Source: Balanoglossus misakiensis
Lineage: Eukaryota; Animalia; Hemichordata
Assembly (NCBI GenBank): GCA_040954595.2
Contig: CM082587.2
Location: forward strand, 9,801,403-9,865,402
Length of the DNA: 64,000 nt
Direction: 5' to 3'
Every line of letters starts with the position of its first letter. The first letter of the stretch is position 1. Positions 13,107 to 24,973 of the stretch are shown here, one piece after another. The position numbers and the translations under genes are program-made. The notes beneath the pieces are model-generated. The model searched no databases, was not told the origin of the DNA, and saw only the letters and a list, made by a program, of their open reading frames with translations.

Positions 13107-15971
13107 ATGTCGCCACTTCTCCGTCGGTTCGCAATCATTCTTTTGATTGTGAACCTCTCCGAGTCCCGAGCAGGGACGCTGTGTAAAGTGTATAAAGCCA
13201 CATGCGTTGACTGCACTGACAGAGATCTTGTCAACCTTCCAGGGGATTTGCCAACCCGTGCCACTGACTTGGATCTGGCAAACAACAAATTACGATCGTT
13301 GCCGTCATACAGTTTTAAGAGTCTACGACAACTTGAGAGTCTCAGTATTGCATTCAATGACATCAAGAGCATCGGTTCTAAATCGTTGCGTGGACTGTAT
13401 CGGCTTCAACAGTTAGACTTGCAAGGCAACGGGATAGCCACGGTAGCTCCAGAGGCGTTTCTTGATTTGTCGAAACTAGAAATGCTCCACTTATCATCCA
13501 ACCAACTCACCACCCTTCCCGAAGGAGTATTCTCAACCCTTGGAAAGTGAAAACAGCTCGACATTCGGAGCAATTCACTTGCGAGTCTCTCAGCACTGGC
13601 ATTTCAAGGATTGGTCAGTTTACAGAAACTCGACCTGACGTACAACACAATAGAAGACCTTTCCGACGGGGTCTTTCAAGAGCTCACAAACCTAAAATCG
13701 ATTGGACTGAGTGACAATCCACTGCCATGTTTTCCAAGCAGTGCTGTACGAGATCTGAGCAACATAGAAGAGATCTACTTTGATCAAAACACTATTGGAG
13801 CCGATTGCAGTGAAATCAACCTCAAACGTCTGCAACATCTGAAGCTGCTTTCATTTCGACACTGCCAGCTTACCGACACAATCATTCAGAACATGAGCTT
13901 TGGTGTCAATGCTTCCTATAAGATTAACATGGCATTTAATAGACTTGTAGCATCGAACTATAGTGCGTTCAACGTTCTGAAAAATGTTTCACGTATTAAC
14001 CTCAGTGGGAACCAGATGAACCTAGATTCTTTGGAGAGATTTCTGCGCCATTTTCAAGGAGAAGGGTCCTCAGTCACCAAAAGTCTGAAGGAAAGGAATT
14101 TAGTTGCACTTGAACTGGGTTCCAATGAGATATCATCGCTGCCGACCGGCGTATTTCAGCAGTTGCATGACTTGGAAGAATTGGACATGGGGTATAACAA
14201 ACTGCAGCATGTTGCAGTAGATGCATTTCTGGGTCTGCATAATCTGAAGGTGCTGGGACTCAGCGACAACGAGCTGAACACTCTCCACTCGGCTTTCCGT
14301 GGCCTGGACAACATCCAGCTGATTGACTTCACTAGGAATCGTCTGTCCAACAGCACGCAGGTGCTTAATAGCCTCGGTAGGCTCCCGACTCTGAGGCACC
14401 TAAACTTCAGCTACAACCACCTGGCCGGTCAAATGCCACCGAATATTTCCGACAGACTGCCATCCCTGGTGGACCTCGATCTGTCCCACAACAGTTTCAC
14501 CTCAGTTCACAATGATAGTTTCCGCTTCTCGGTGAATTTGGAAAGACTAGATTTGTCCCACAATGACATTCTTCTGTCGGCCGAACAAGTATTTTTCCCC
14601 CTGGTCTCGCTGCGGTCCCTGTCACTGACGGGTAACCCTCTCGTGCACTACGACACGTTCAGCTGGCATCCTTTCAAACATTGCACAAACCTGCGAGAGT
14701 TATTCTTGTCAAATTGGTTTGCTGTGTCTTTGCATCTGGAGGACATCCCCGGACTAGAGAGCTTAGACTTTGACAATGCCCTGTACGAACATTACAAAGT
14801 GGGCTCGGTGGACATTGCAGACATGTCCAAAAAGTTAGGTTCATTAAGAGTCAGTAAGCTACGAATTGAAAATATGTTCATCACGAGTTGGCTAGGCAGA
14901 CGCAAGAATCATGAAATACAAAACCGGTTTCTGACCATAGAAACATTAGTGCTATCTAACGTTCGCTTTGGAATGACTTTTGATGCAAGTTTGTTCTTTT
15001 CATTGTTTCCTAATGTGAAAAACCTTTATCTCGAGTATATTGATGGTATAACAAGTTTGAAAGATCTACCAACAACCAAGAAATTAGAGTATATCAACTT
15101 TAGTTTAGGTTTTCATCACCAACTCACAGCTTTAAGTACAGAGTTACTGGAAAGTCAGCAAAATTTGAAAGAAGTAATTATATTTTCAACTGGCCTTGAT
15201 TGTACAGAGTGTAAAATGAAAGAATTCCTTGATTGGGCCAAATGGGATGAAATTGTAATATTGAAAGTACCCAGATGTGAATTTCCATACAATGTGCCAG
15301 TATATAGTTTAAATTTGGGTTTGGAATGCAATCAGATATTCAAGATTTCAGTACCAATTACTTGCGTTGCTGTGTTTGTCATTGTGTGCATTGTACTTGG
15401 CATCCGTTTACGATGGCATGTACGTTACGTGATATTCCTCGGCAGGCTGAGATGTGGTGGCTACCAGCTGCAAATCAACGACGATGATGGCGATCAACCA
15501 CTGAATAAGAAATACGATGCATTTGTTTGTTACAACGAACATGACAGCGACTGGGTGTGGCAACAGCTAGTGCCCAATTTGGAAAACGCCGGTCCGCCAA
15601 ATTTGAAACTCTGTCTCCATGAACGGGATTTCATTCCGGGCGCTGATATTTTCGAGAACATTCTGGACAGCATCGAGAACAGTCACAAGACCATGTTGGT
15701 GCTGTCGCCGCACTTCGCCGAGAGTGAGTGGTGCTATTTTGAGATGAGGATGGCGCAGAACTGTCTGTTTGATGACAAGAGAGATGTCCTCTTTCTCATG
15801 CTGTTGGAAGAAATCCCAGATGCCGTCATGCCACGCGTCTTGCGTAAGATTCTACTGACAAAGAATTACATCACTTGGGTGGAGAATGAGGAAGGGAGAC
15901 GACTGTTTTGGAAGAAACTGAAAATGGGTCTCCGCTCAGGGAACAGAGTCAATAGAGTGGCTGATGTTTAA
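13107..15971 (+). pseudogene. Toll-like receptor copy A, interrupted by in-frame TGA at 13548-13550
   Basis: ORFs 13083-13550 and 13611-15971 are in one frame. GGA AAG TGA AAA here versus GGA AAG TTA AAA in copy B. Otherwise full-length LRR-TM-TIR. Confidence 0.93.
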
Positions 15972-18160
15972 ATTTTTGCATGCTGAAATAATTTTCATAA
16001 TGGAGCTAAAACGAGACTGTAAAGGGAACTAAACATGGAAATATAATGCCCTAAACATGATATGAAAGCAGTGGCCTAGATAACAGTTACTTCTGTATGG
16101 AATGACCAGACAAATTTCATACTTTGTCTCCGTGAACATTCTGTATAGCATAGTGAACAGTCTTAGTACTGTAACGTCAAATATACACAGGTATTAGGTC
16201 AAATTTTTAGATAAGCACAACCACAATTTCAAACATTGATTATTTGACATATGTTGCTGATAAATATCGTTACTTATTCGGTATGTCTAGTTAGTCACTT
16301 TTTTCTATGCCACTCATTCACACTCTATACTGGAAAAGCATATATAAGGAAGGGTATGCAATGGTACCTGTCTATGATGTTGTCAGTCTATTACAGTATC
16401 TGTCCATATTTGTTGTATTTTATGCAAAGATTTAATAACCAGGAAAACCTAACATGACATTTTGCCAATGATTTGTGTTCTTTGCTCAGCAACTTTCAAT
16501 ACTTTGGAGTTAATGTCAAACTGTTAATAAAAATGCTGATATGATGGAGAAAACGACAATATTTGTTGTTGTGACTTCAATTTAAATACCCCAAAATCAG
16601 AGTTTTCACCCCTCACTTGTCCAAAGAAGGTCTCACGGTAAAATGGTTTGCATCAAACGCACTGGTCATGGAAAACCATGTGATCAATGGAATAACAGGG
16701 GTGAGTGTTTCACTTTAAGTTCAGCATCATAGGTTTTTAGTTTCAGAGGCAAACTCTAGAAATCTTGTTTTTGCTTGCTTTTGTTCATTGAATTTTCGTT
16801 CTTTCGTTTGTTTGTTTGCTTGTTTGTTTTTTTTTTTTTCTTTCTTTCTTTTATATGTTTTCATGACACTGTATTATCTTGTTTTCAAGTTCGTTTATGT
16901 GTACCTGTTAATGTCACCCAAGCGCTTGTCTAGTAATCTAGCCGTATTTTGTATGCTTTGCTTCCAAAACTAATGCTCTAGTAGCGTTTCCAGCAAGGGG
17001 TATGGGGTTTATTGGGCCAGTGGCATGAGTGAGGCTAGACGTTAGTTTTGGAAGCAAAGCGGACAAAATACGGCTAGATTACTAGACTACCCAAGTGCAA
17101 GCTGATACCCACCATTTAGAAGGTATGTGTCCATGCATGCAGCCCTGCAGACTAGTACACCAAACATAGTGCTTAATAAGAAAAGCAGTTGCCTGTTGCA
17201 TTCACGCTAGCTCTCCAAAAGTGTTGGATTGTTCAATAGTAAAATTTGTGCTTGATCACAACATCGTGATCACAATAAGTGTACAGATTGACTGCAATGA
17301 ATTCAGAATTAGGACTCGTACTAAGAGCAGATGACCTGTTAAGTCATCTAGCTATTGTGGAAATGAGATATATCAAATATGGTTTTCATTCTTGAACTAC
17401 ACAAACATGTTTTTGCTCTTCAAACCACACTTTTGGTGTAACTGTATTCAAAACAATGATATTTCCTTTTGCTTAAAGTGGTATAATTTCAAGGTTATTG
17501 TAAGAGTATGTCTTGGCCCTTTATACCAAAATTCTGCCCAAGGGTGCATGTGCACCAGAAAGACATGCACCCAGATCACCCTCCATCACTGTTGTGTATC
17601 TACTTGGATGCATGTAGGGTATTGTAGATATTGCTGTTAAACTTTTTTATGTTCTTGTATCAAGGTGACACTTGAACAGCTCAGGATAGTGAATGTATCA
17701 GATCTTATTTGCATGGAGTCATGGACAATCAAGTAAGTTGAATTTCAATTTTTATGGTAGTGAGATCAGATCATTGTTGGTTTCAGCTCTGTCATGTTAA
17801 AGGTATACGGTCGCCTCCAATTTACATACGCCCATATATGGCTGAAATGGCGTATTTGAGCGTTCTAAAGAACGGATAGCGGCGCTCTTTTTTTTTCGTG
17901 TGTGCAACCCACTAAAAATCTGTGATTGGCTAGATCTCAATTTGCCACGGTAACAGTAGCTAAATTTGCATAGGTGACTGTATACCTTTAAGTATTACTG
18001 TGTGATGCACAGGTCGCATCGTAGTTGACAGCGCTTATAATATACATATGTAATAGAGAGAGAGAAGGAAGGATACTATCACCCTGCCGGGAATGAAATT
18101 TGCCATGAAAAAACAACCAAACTCTTTAAAGATGATGAAATAAATGACATGGTTCGACGT

Positions 18161-19446
18161 CTATGGAGTGTAATTCATGCCAAAATTAGCACCCAGCTTT
18201 TCGATGAGAGTATTCACTTTTCGATGAGAGTATTCACTTTTCGATGAGAGTATTCACTTTTCGATGAGAGTACCTCAGCACTTGCCCTTTGTGTGTCTCT
18301 GGGGACCCCAAGAATGCATATGCGTCTTTTCTAATTTGAATATTTTGAATGGGTTAATTTTATGCTTACAAATTGATACATTTTAGGTCTGCTTTGACTG
18401 GAACTCGTCAAGTGTACATGTTATTATGGAAGTTTATTTTAGAACTGCTCGTGGCTTGCCTTTGAAAAAAAAGCTTCTGTCATTTTTTGGCTGTCCGATC
18501 GGGCAAGTAAGGTTGACAATTTACTTGCCGTGTATCAATATATAGTTGCCCCGGGCGAAGCTTAATTTCGACACCTGTTAAATAAATATACAAAACTCTT
18601 AAGCCCTAGAAACTAACTTTTAGCGATTTTTCAACTTTTTTTTTCTTTTAGAATGGTTTGTTGTTCTATTTGGAGTTGCTCAGATTCCATGAACTCGAGA
18701 TTCTGTGCTATTTTCCTCAATCTACTGGCCGGTTTTGGTTCTCTGCTGAACCACTTCTCCGGCCTGGCGTCAACACGGTGAACGGTTCGTGTTTTGAAGC
18801 CGTTTCCCATGCACATGGTCAAAGTTTGACCTTCCGGTTTACTGATCTCCCTAGCATATTACTATAAATTTGATGGAAATTCCAGTGACGCGTTGTGACG
18901 TAGCCATGACGCGTTGTGACGTAGCCATGACGCGTTGTGACGTAGGCAAAACGCCAGCGGGCCGAGTTGTAAAAAACTCTTTAGTGAACTAGGGCGTCTG
19001 GGGTGCTCTCATCGAAAAGAGGGGTGCTCTAAATCGAAAAGAGGGTGTTCTCATCGAAAAGCTGAGGTACTCTCATCGAAAAGCTTTAGTGCTCTGATCG
19101 AAAAGCTGAGGTACTCTCATCGAAAAGCTTTAGTGCTCTCATCGAAAAGCTGAGGTACTCTCATCGAAAAGCTTTAGTGCTCTCATCGAAAAGCTGAGGT
19201 ACTCTCATCGAAAAGCTTTAGTGCTCTGATCGAAAAGCTGAGGTACTCTCATCGAAAAGCTTTAGTGCTCTCATCGAAAAGCTGAGGTACTCTCATCGAA
19301 AAGCTTTAGTGCTCTGATCGAAAAGCTGAGGTACTCTCATCGAAAAGCTTTTGTGCTCTGATCGAAAAGCTTGGTGCTCTCATCGAAAAGTGAATACTCT
19401 CATCGAAAAGCTTGGTGCTAATTTTGGCATGAATTACACTCCATAG
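18161..19446. mobile_element. 1286-bp non-autonomous DNA transposon with ACGT TSD, unit B only
   Basis: ACGT|CTATGGAGTGTAATTCATGCCAAAATTAGCACC...GGTGCTAATTTTGGCATGAATTACACTCCATAG|ACGT. Unit A has a single ACGT near 3433. Confidence 0.92.
19003..19415 (+). repeat. Subterminal minisatellite: 19 copies of core ATCGAAAAG, mostly 22-bp period with alternating linkers
   Basis: CTCTCATCGAAAAG followed alternately by CTGAGGTA and CTTTAGTG. Four inverted copies with 20-bp period at 18197-18275. Confidence 0.93.
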
Positions 19447-22400
19447 ACGTCTGCGGTCCGACGACGTTTAATGAGCAACTTTGGTACCTGAAAAATGGCA
19501 ATTAAACGGATAAAGTCTCTCTCTCGCTGCCCTTTTTTCATTAATTATGTTTGATACAAGACACCATTTATGTTAATGTACATGTGGACATATAGTGAAT
19601 CAACGTTTAACCACACACAACTTCCATCATACTTGTAGACACAAGAGTGAAAAAACTCGCCAAAATGAATAATCGATCTCTACCATTTATTCATTTTCGG
19701 CGAGTTTTTACTCTCATATTATACAAGCGGGGTGGAAGTTGTGTGTGGTTGAATGTCCATTCACTACTTATACACATGTACATGTATATTAACATAAACA
19801 GTCTCTTGTATCAAACATAATAAATGGAAAAAGGGCAGCGAGAGAGAGACTTTGTCCCTTTAATAGTACCGTATCTTGGCCCTATCTTGTCTTCTTCACA
19901 TGGCAGATACTTACACCCAAGAGCATCTTGAAGTCCTATTTTTCACCTGCAATTCAGTACGCTTGAACTCGTGTGACCTTTGCGTGGATCCTCCAAGAGG
20001 TTTAAGGCGCAAAGTTTGAGTGCAAATCTTACATAACAGTTGGTGCTTGCGAATGACTGCTCAGTCTAGGAAGTGGATCTTCTTTGTGCAGTGTTTAAGA
20101 TCATGGCAACTGTCTGTCAGATCACCCATACCCTAAGCAGTGGTCACAATATATTAATTCAAGATGGCTGTTGCATGCTGTATTTGTCACTTGGAGACGA
20201 CATGATATTTAGGGGCCCAGATATGACATTTATTGTCGTTTTTCAGGTACCAAATTCGCTCATTATAAAATGTCGTCAGACTATAGGCGTCGATCGATGT
20301 CATTTATTTGGTCGTCTTTAAAGAGTTTGATTTAGAAAGAGAGAACGCACCTGATTAGAACATACTTTTTGAATTCTACTGATTGTTGCATAAAAATCAT
20401 GCGACTGTAGAAATTCTAGAACATGTTTGCACGAGCTCAGCGGCCATGTTATAGAATAGTGAATGATGGGGCCCTGCAACTGGCACGATTTATTCCCACT
20501 TGAACAACAGATTTGAAATAATGAACTTGTTTATCTTTATCAAGCAAAATCATAATTGGGTCATCCCCAGCAGAAAGGGGTCTGGTCATAAGCATCACAC
20601 TCCCATAAGACCCCTTTCTGTTTGGGATGGCCGAATTATTATAATGAGGTTATAAACAGTGCACTTGGGTATTTGGTAGGGATATAAGACTTCTCAGGTG
20701 AAAATTAACATATTTTGATGAAATAATCACCAAGTGAAGTGAGGTGATTATTATAACCTCTAATTAGGTATGATTGGCAACAAACTTTCTCAGAATAAAT
20801 ATTTGGCTGCTGTAGTAAGGGGACATTTTAGTGGTTATTGTCAAGACAATTTTTTTATGTGATAGTGTATATTTTTCATTAACAGGTACGATACACTATA
20901 CTTGCTGATTGGTGGAGTTGGTCTACAACTGCTATCCATACAGAGATGATATTTTCATCTGTCAAGTCCTCGTGAAGTCATCTAAGAATTTCTTCTCTTC
21001 ATGAGATATCACTTGAACTGACTTGGTGATTTTGATGCCATGCCTGAAAGGACAATCAACTTGGTGTTTATTGGAAAAATGAAGGACAACTCTCTGACCA
21101 TTAAAGGGACATGCAAAGACTCTCTCTTTCTGCCCCTTTGTTTTCCATTGGCTGATACAAGACACTGTGTATGTGTTATTTGACATGTGGCAAGACAATG
21201 AATCAATGTTCGAACATTACACAATGTCCATCCCACTTGTAGACACGAGATTAAAAATGTGTAGACACGAGATTAAAAATCTCAGCAAAATGATTAACCA
21301 GTCTCTACCTCTTAATCGTGCATGGGTTTCAAATCTTACCAATGTGTGCATGCAAATGTGTTGTTGTCGCTGATATAGGTAAACACAAACATGGTCACTG
21401 GCAACTCACTACATAAGGAAACTGCGGGTCAGATAAACACTTTCTCAGAAATCCGATGGCAAAAAATCTTGGCTATGGAAGTGCACCATCAGGTCACAGT
21501 TACCCTTGGGATTCACCCATAGGAAGGGCAGTAGGACACATTGTACTCTAACTCCCACCCCCCTCACAATTTGGCCACAGAACCATAGTATATCTGATAG
21601 AATTTTCACCTGAAAGACACCTGGAAATGTATAAATATGTTCCATGAAGTAACTTTTGATGGATTTTTTTTTCACAAAAAGTGTGCCATCTTATTTATTC
21701 TCCTGGCTGAAATGTTTTTCTTTTACATTTGCTGGGAATCTTTTTAAAAAAAAATGTTCTTTACCCCCCTCCCTAGTCACTCAAATGGTTCATCCCTTAC
21801 CATACCTATTCCACAGTGCTCTACATGCAAGACCAGAATATACCTTCAATTCAATGTGTTGTTGCACAGTTTGCTTGAGTTAATTCAGTTTGAGGTCAGC
21901 TGTGATGCGGGTGTATTATGATGTTAATTAATACCTCATTTGCATAACCTATTGATTTCATCTGGCTGGGTATCCAACCAGCCAATCATTTCCTTCCATA
22001 AATCTGTCAATGTGAAGAAATAAAACTGAATCTGCCCGCAGTTCAAGCCTATAGCCAAAACTACCGCATGTTGTCTAACACGTTCTGTCTACATTTTCAG
22101 GTCAGTACATTTTACAGTTTTCACAGTATTTTTCTTGTGTGGTTTCATGTAAATGTTAAAAATAGACAAAGTGTCTCTTTTTGAGCTTTTTCCATGAATT
22201 ATGTTGGATATGAAAACTATTCCTGCTGTTTGACTACATGCTGAAATACTGGACTTAGTATGCTTGTAGACATACAGGATTGAACATTCAGTGAAACAAT
22301 TTATGGTTTCTACCAGTTATTCACTGTGAAATTTTGTTCATGTACTTGACTGTATAGACAGTGTTGCATACTGTTTAGACCGGGACCTGTAATGAGGAGT

Positions 22401-22920
22401 AAAACGAATTGCTGGCCTTTTCAGTGTAAAACAAAACAAAACAAAACATACTAGTGGCGATTTTTCATAATACATGTATTTAATTTGTCTTCACAACAGT
22501 GACATAGGCTTAGAAAAAATACATAGCAAAAGTGAGATGAAAAGCTACACGACTTTATTCACAGGGTAAAACTAAAAATGTTTCAGAGACACTATTTGCC
22601 ATTTGTAAATACACAGAATTAATTCTCACACATAAAGTTAAAGCATAGACCCGGACGCTCGGTCCCATACACGACACTATATGCCAGTATATGAGCTGAG
22701 ATGTTCCAGAAACAATACAATGGTTTCTGTGTGCACGTCATATCTTTTCAATCATTGGGAAGTACGATACATTACTACTCTGGTACTCTTTAAAAATTTG
22801 CAACAATACTGTAAAACACTTTATTTTCGCGAGCACTAAAATAACGTTAAAATAAAAAGTCGTGTAATTTTTCTTGAAGATAACGATGCAGTTAATGAAA
22901 TAAGAAAACGCAAAAATAAA

Positions 22921-23267
22921 AGGGACAAAGTCTCTCTCTCGCTGCCCTTTTTTCCATTAATTATATTTGATAAGAGACAACGTTTGTTATTCTACATGTG
23001 GATATATAGTGAATGAAGGTTCAACCACACACAACTTCCATCCCTTTTATAGACAGGAGAGTGAAAAAAATCGCCAAAATGAATAATCGTTCTTTACCAT
23101 TTATTCATTTTGGGCGAGTTTTTACTCTCATATCCTACAAACGAGATGGAAGTTGTGTGTTGTCGAATGTTGATTCACCATATATCCACATGTAGAATAA
23201 CATATTCGGCGTCTTGTATCAAATATAGTTAATGGAAAAAGGCCAGCGAGAGAGAGACTTTGTCCCT
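22921..23267. mobile_element. AGGGACAAAG-family TTAA MITE, unit B only, nested in a Tc1-like MITE
   Basis: Full TIRs. Inserted at the TTAA seen empty at 6924-6927. Confidence 0.9.
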
Positions 23268-24912
23268 TTAATACTCACGAAACAGTGGCCTCTCGATATC
23301 GCGAAAATTTAAAGTCACGAAAATAAAGTGTTTTACAGTACATGTACTTTGGTGTACATAGCAACTACATGTATAATACAACTGCCAATACCTGATTTCT
23401 TCATAATGTGCTAGATCTGAAGTCACTTTTCCGGAAAAACCTTTGGAAAAAAGCACTAGGGTTGATGCAAAGTACAAATGATAGCTATGCATATACACCT
23501 GCAGACTGGCGTGCGGTGACACCTATCGCAAAATGGTACTGCCTACATCATGATGGGCGGAATTCAACCCTGGGACTCCCCTCCCCCCCCCCCCCCCCAT
23601 GGTTTTTCCTGAAAAGTGACCGCAAAGAAAGCACATTATGCATAAATCAGCTGGACTGAACTTCTCCTTCAAAGAAGGAATTTTGGTGAAAACATTGCAG
23701 CTGATTCTGAATACTAAACACTTTAAGTAAGATAAGTTTCTCCAATAATTGCATTGCTGCACATTTACATAACATTTTACAATTAAATTCATTAATATGC
23801 TGATGAGGGCTAACAGAGGTCAGTCTTTTCAGGTACTGAAATTTACAACCGTCACAACTTCTTGTTGTTGTGATGACTTCAAATGAAGTTTATGAATGAT
23901 TGAGGTATTCTGACATATAATTGATATAATTTGTATTATTTTGGGCAACAGAGCTGTGATATTTTGTATTGTGCATATGGAGAGCAATTAAACAGGTGTG
24001 GCACCAATTTAATATATCACTTGTTCAAATCGCAAAATACAGCCACAATCTAGAGTCGATAAGATGTTCATGTATCAGTAAGCTTATTTGGATTGACCAC
24101 AGTTGGAAAATAAAATTATGAAATAAATGAAAAAAGTGGTAGCTCTTGGGGCTTTAATACAGGGGATGTCAAACAATGCAACCTGTTTTGCAATGACCTA
24201 ATGTACTCCATTCTCATATGCAACTTATCCTGATTTTGTGACGTCAATCAAATTAATGGTCTTTTCACTGTTTTTAATTCCACAAACCATACAACAAAAC
24301 AATAGGGAAGTTGCACCGAAATTTCTCATAAATAGCCCAACATTTTAAGTAAGATTGATAAGGCCAAAATAAAAAAATATGTGCTGTTCCGATTACCTGA
24401 CCTACCCTAATTTTGACCCACCGACCCTAAATTCTTTAGAGCTTCGTAAACCCGGAAGTTAAAAATATACATGTATCACAAAATAGACGCAAGAACTATG
24501 ACATCATACCTCTACATTACAGTTTTTCTGATGTAAAATGCGCATTGAGAAATAAAAAAATAATTCCCTACCTACCCTATTTTTGAAAACCATGTAATCG
24601 GAACAGCACATATTATTTTTTTGGCCTAAATATACAATGGTCCACATCTTAAATCCCACATAGGGTGAATCAGTTGAATGTCTCTGTATTCAGAGAGCGG
24701 CCATTTTTTTCTGATTTGTCACATAAGAGCCCACTTATTTTGACAACAGTGGAATTTCTTCAAGATGAACTGATCAGCTGAAGTACAATATTTCAAATCG
24801 TACTCACTTAAATCAATATATTGTAATAAATGTATACACATTTAAATCAATATGTTCTCATACATGGCAGTTCAGCTAACAATTCCAATTTCTGATTGAA
24901 TGATGACTGTCA

Positions 24913-24973
24913 TCACATTTTCGTTTTAATAAGTCTCCTTAACTCTTCAAGATATTTGATACTGTTTGATAAT
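24913..24973 (-). CDS. ERO1: ERO1 exon 13 (stop)
   Basis: [19 protein letters not shown]. Confidence 0.9.

Larger units (their letters stand above)
1969..16690. repeat. Tandem segmental duplication, unit A (14.7 kb)
   Basis: Collinear and near-identical to 16691-32314. Starts at AATAACAGGGGTGAGT (1969 = 16691). Confidence 0.97.
16691..20949 (+). pseudogene. WDR6: Duplicated WDR6 3' end: 10-nt exon stub with donor (16691-16700), exons 17665-17732 and 20886-20949
   Basis: Same sequence and splice sites as 1969-1978, 2940-3007 and 4711-4774. The acceptor of the first exon was not copied. Confidence 0.78.

Noticed and set aside
13548-13550. Selenocysteine or programmed readthrough at TGA
   Set aside because: The paralog has Leu at an LRR consensus position, not Cys. 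The context UGA-A is not the readthrough-prone UGA-C, and no SECIS was recognised.
13070-14399. Antisense and overlapping ORFs within the TLRs (also 28669-29998)
   Set aside because: Shadow frames of a GC-richer coding sequence, repeated only because of the duplication.
13611-15971. Independent 786-aa TLR gene
   Set aside because: It starts at TTG with no signal peptide and is the continuation of the interrupted ORF.
19003-19415. CRISPR-like repeat-spacer array
   Set aside because: Linkers are only about 8 nt and alternate between two sequences. The array lies inside TIRs in a eukaryotic locus with no cas genes.
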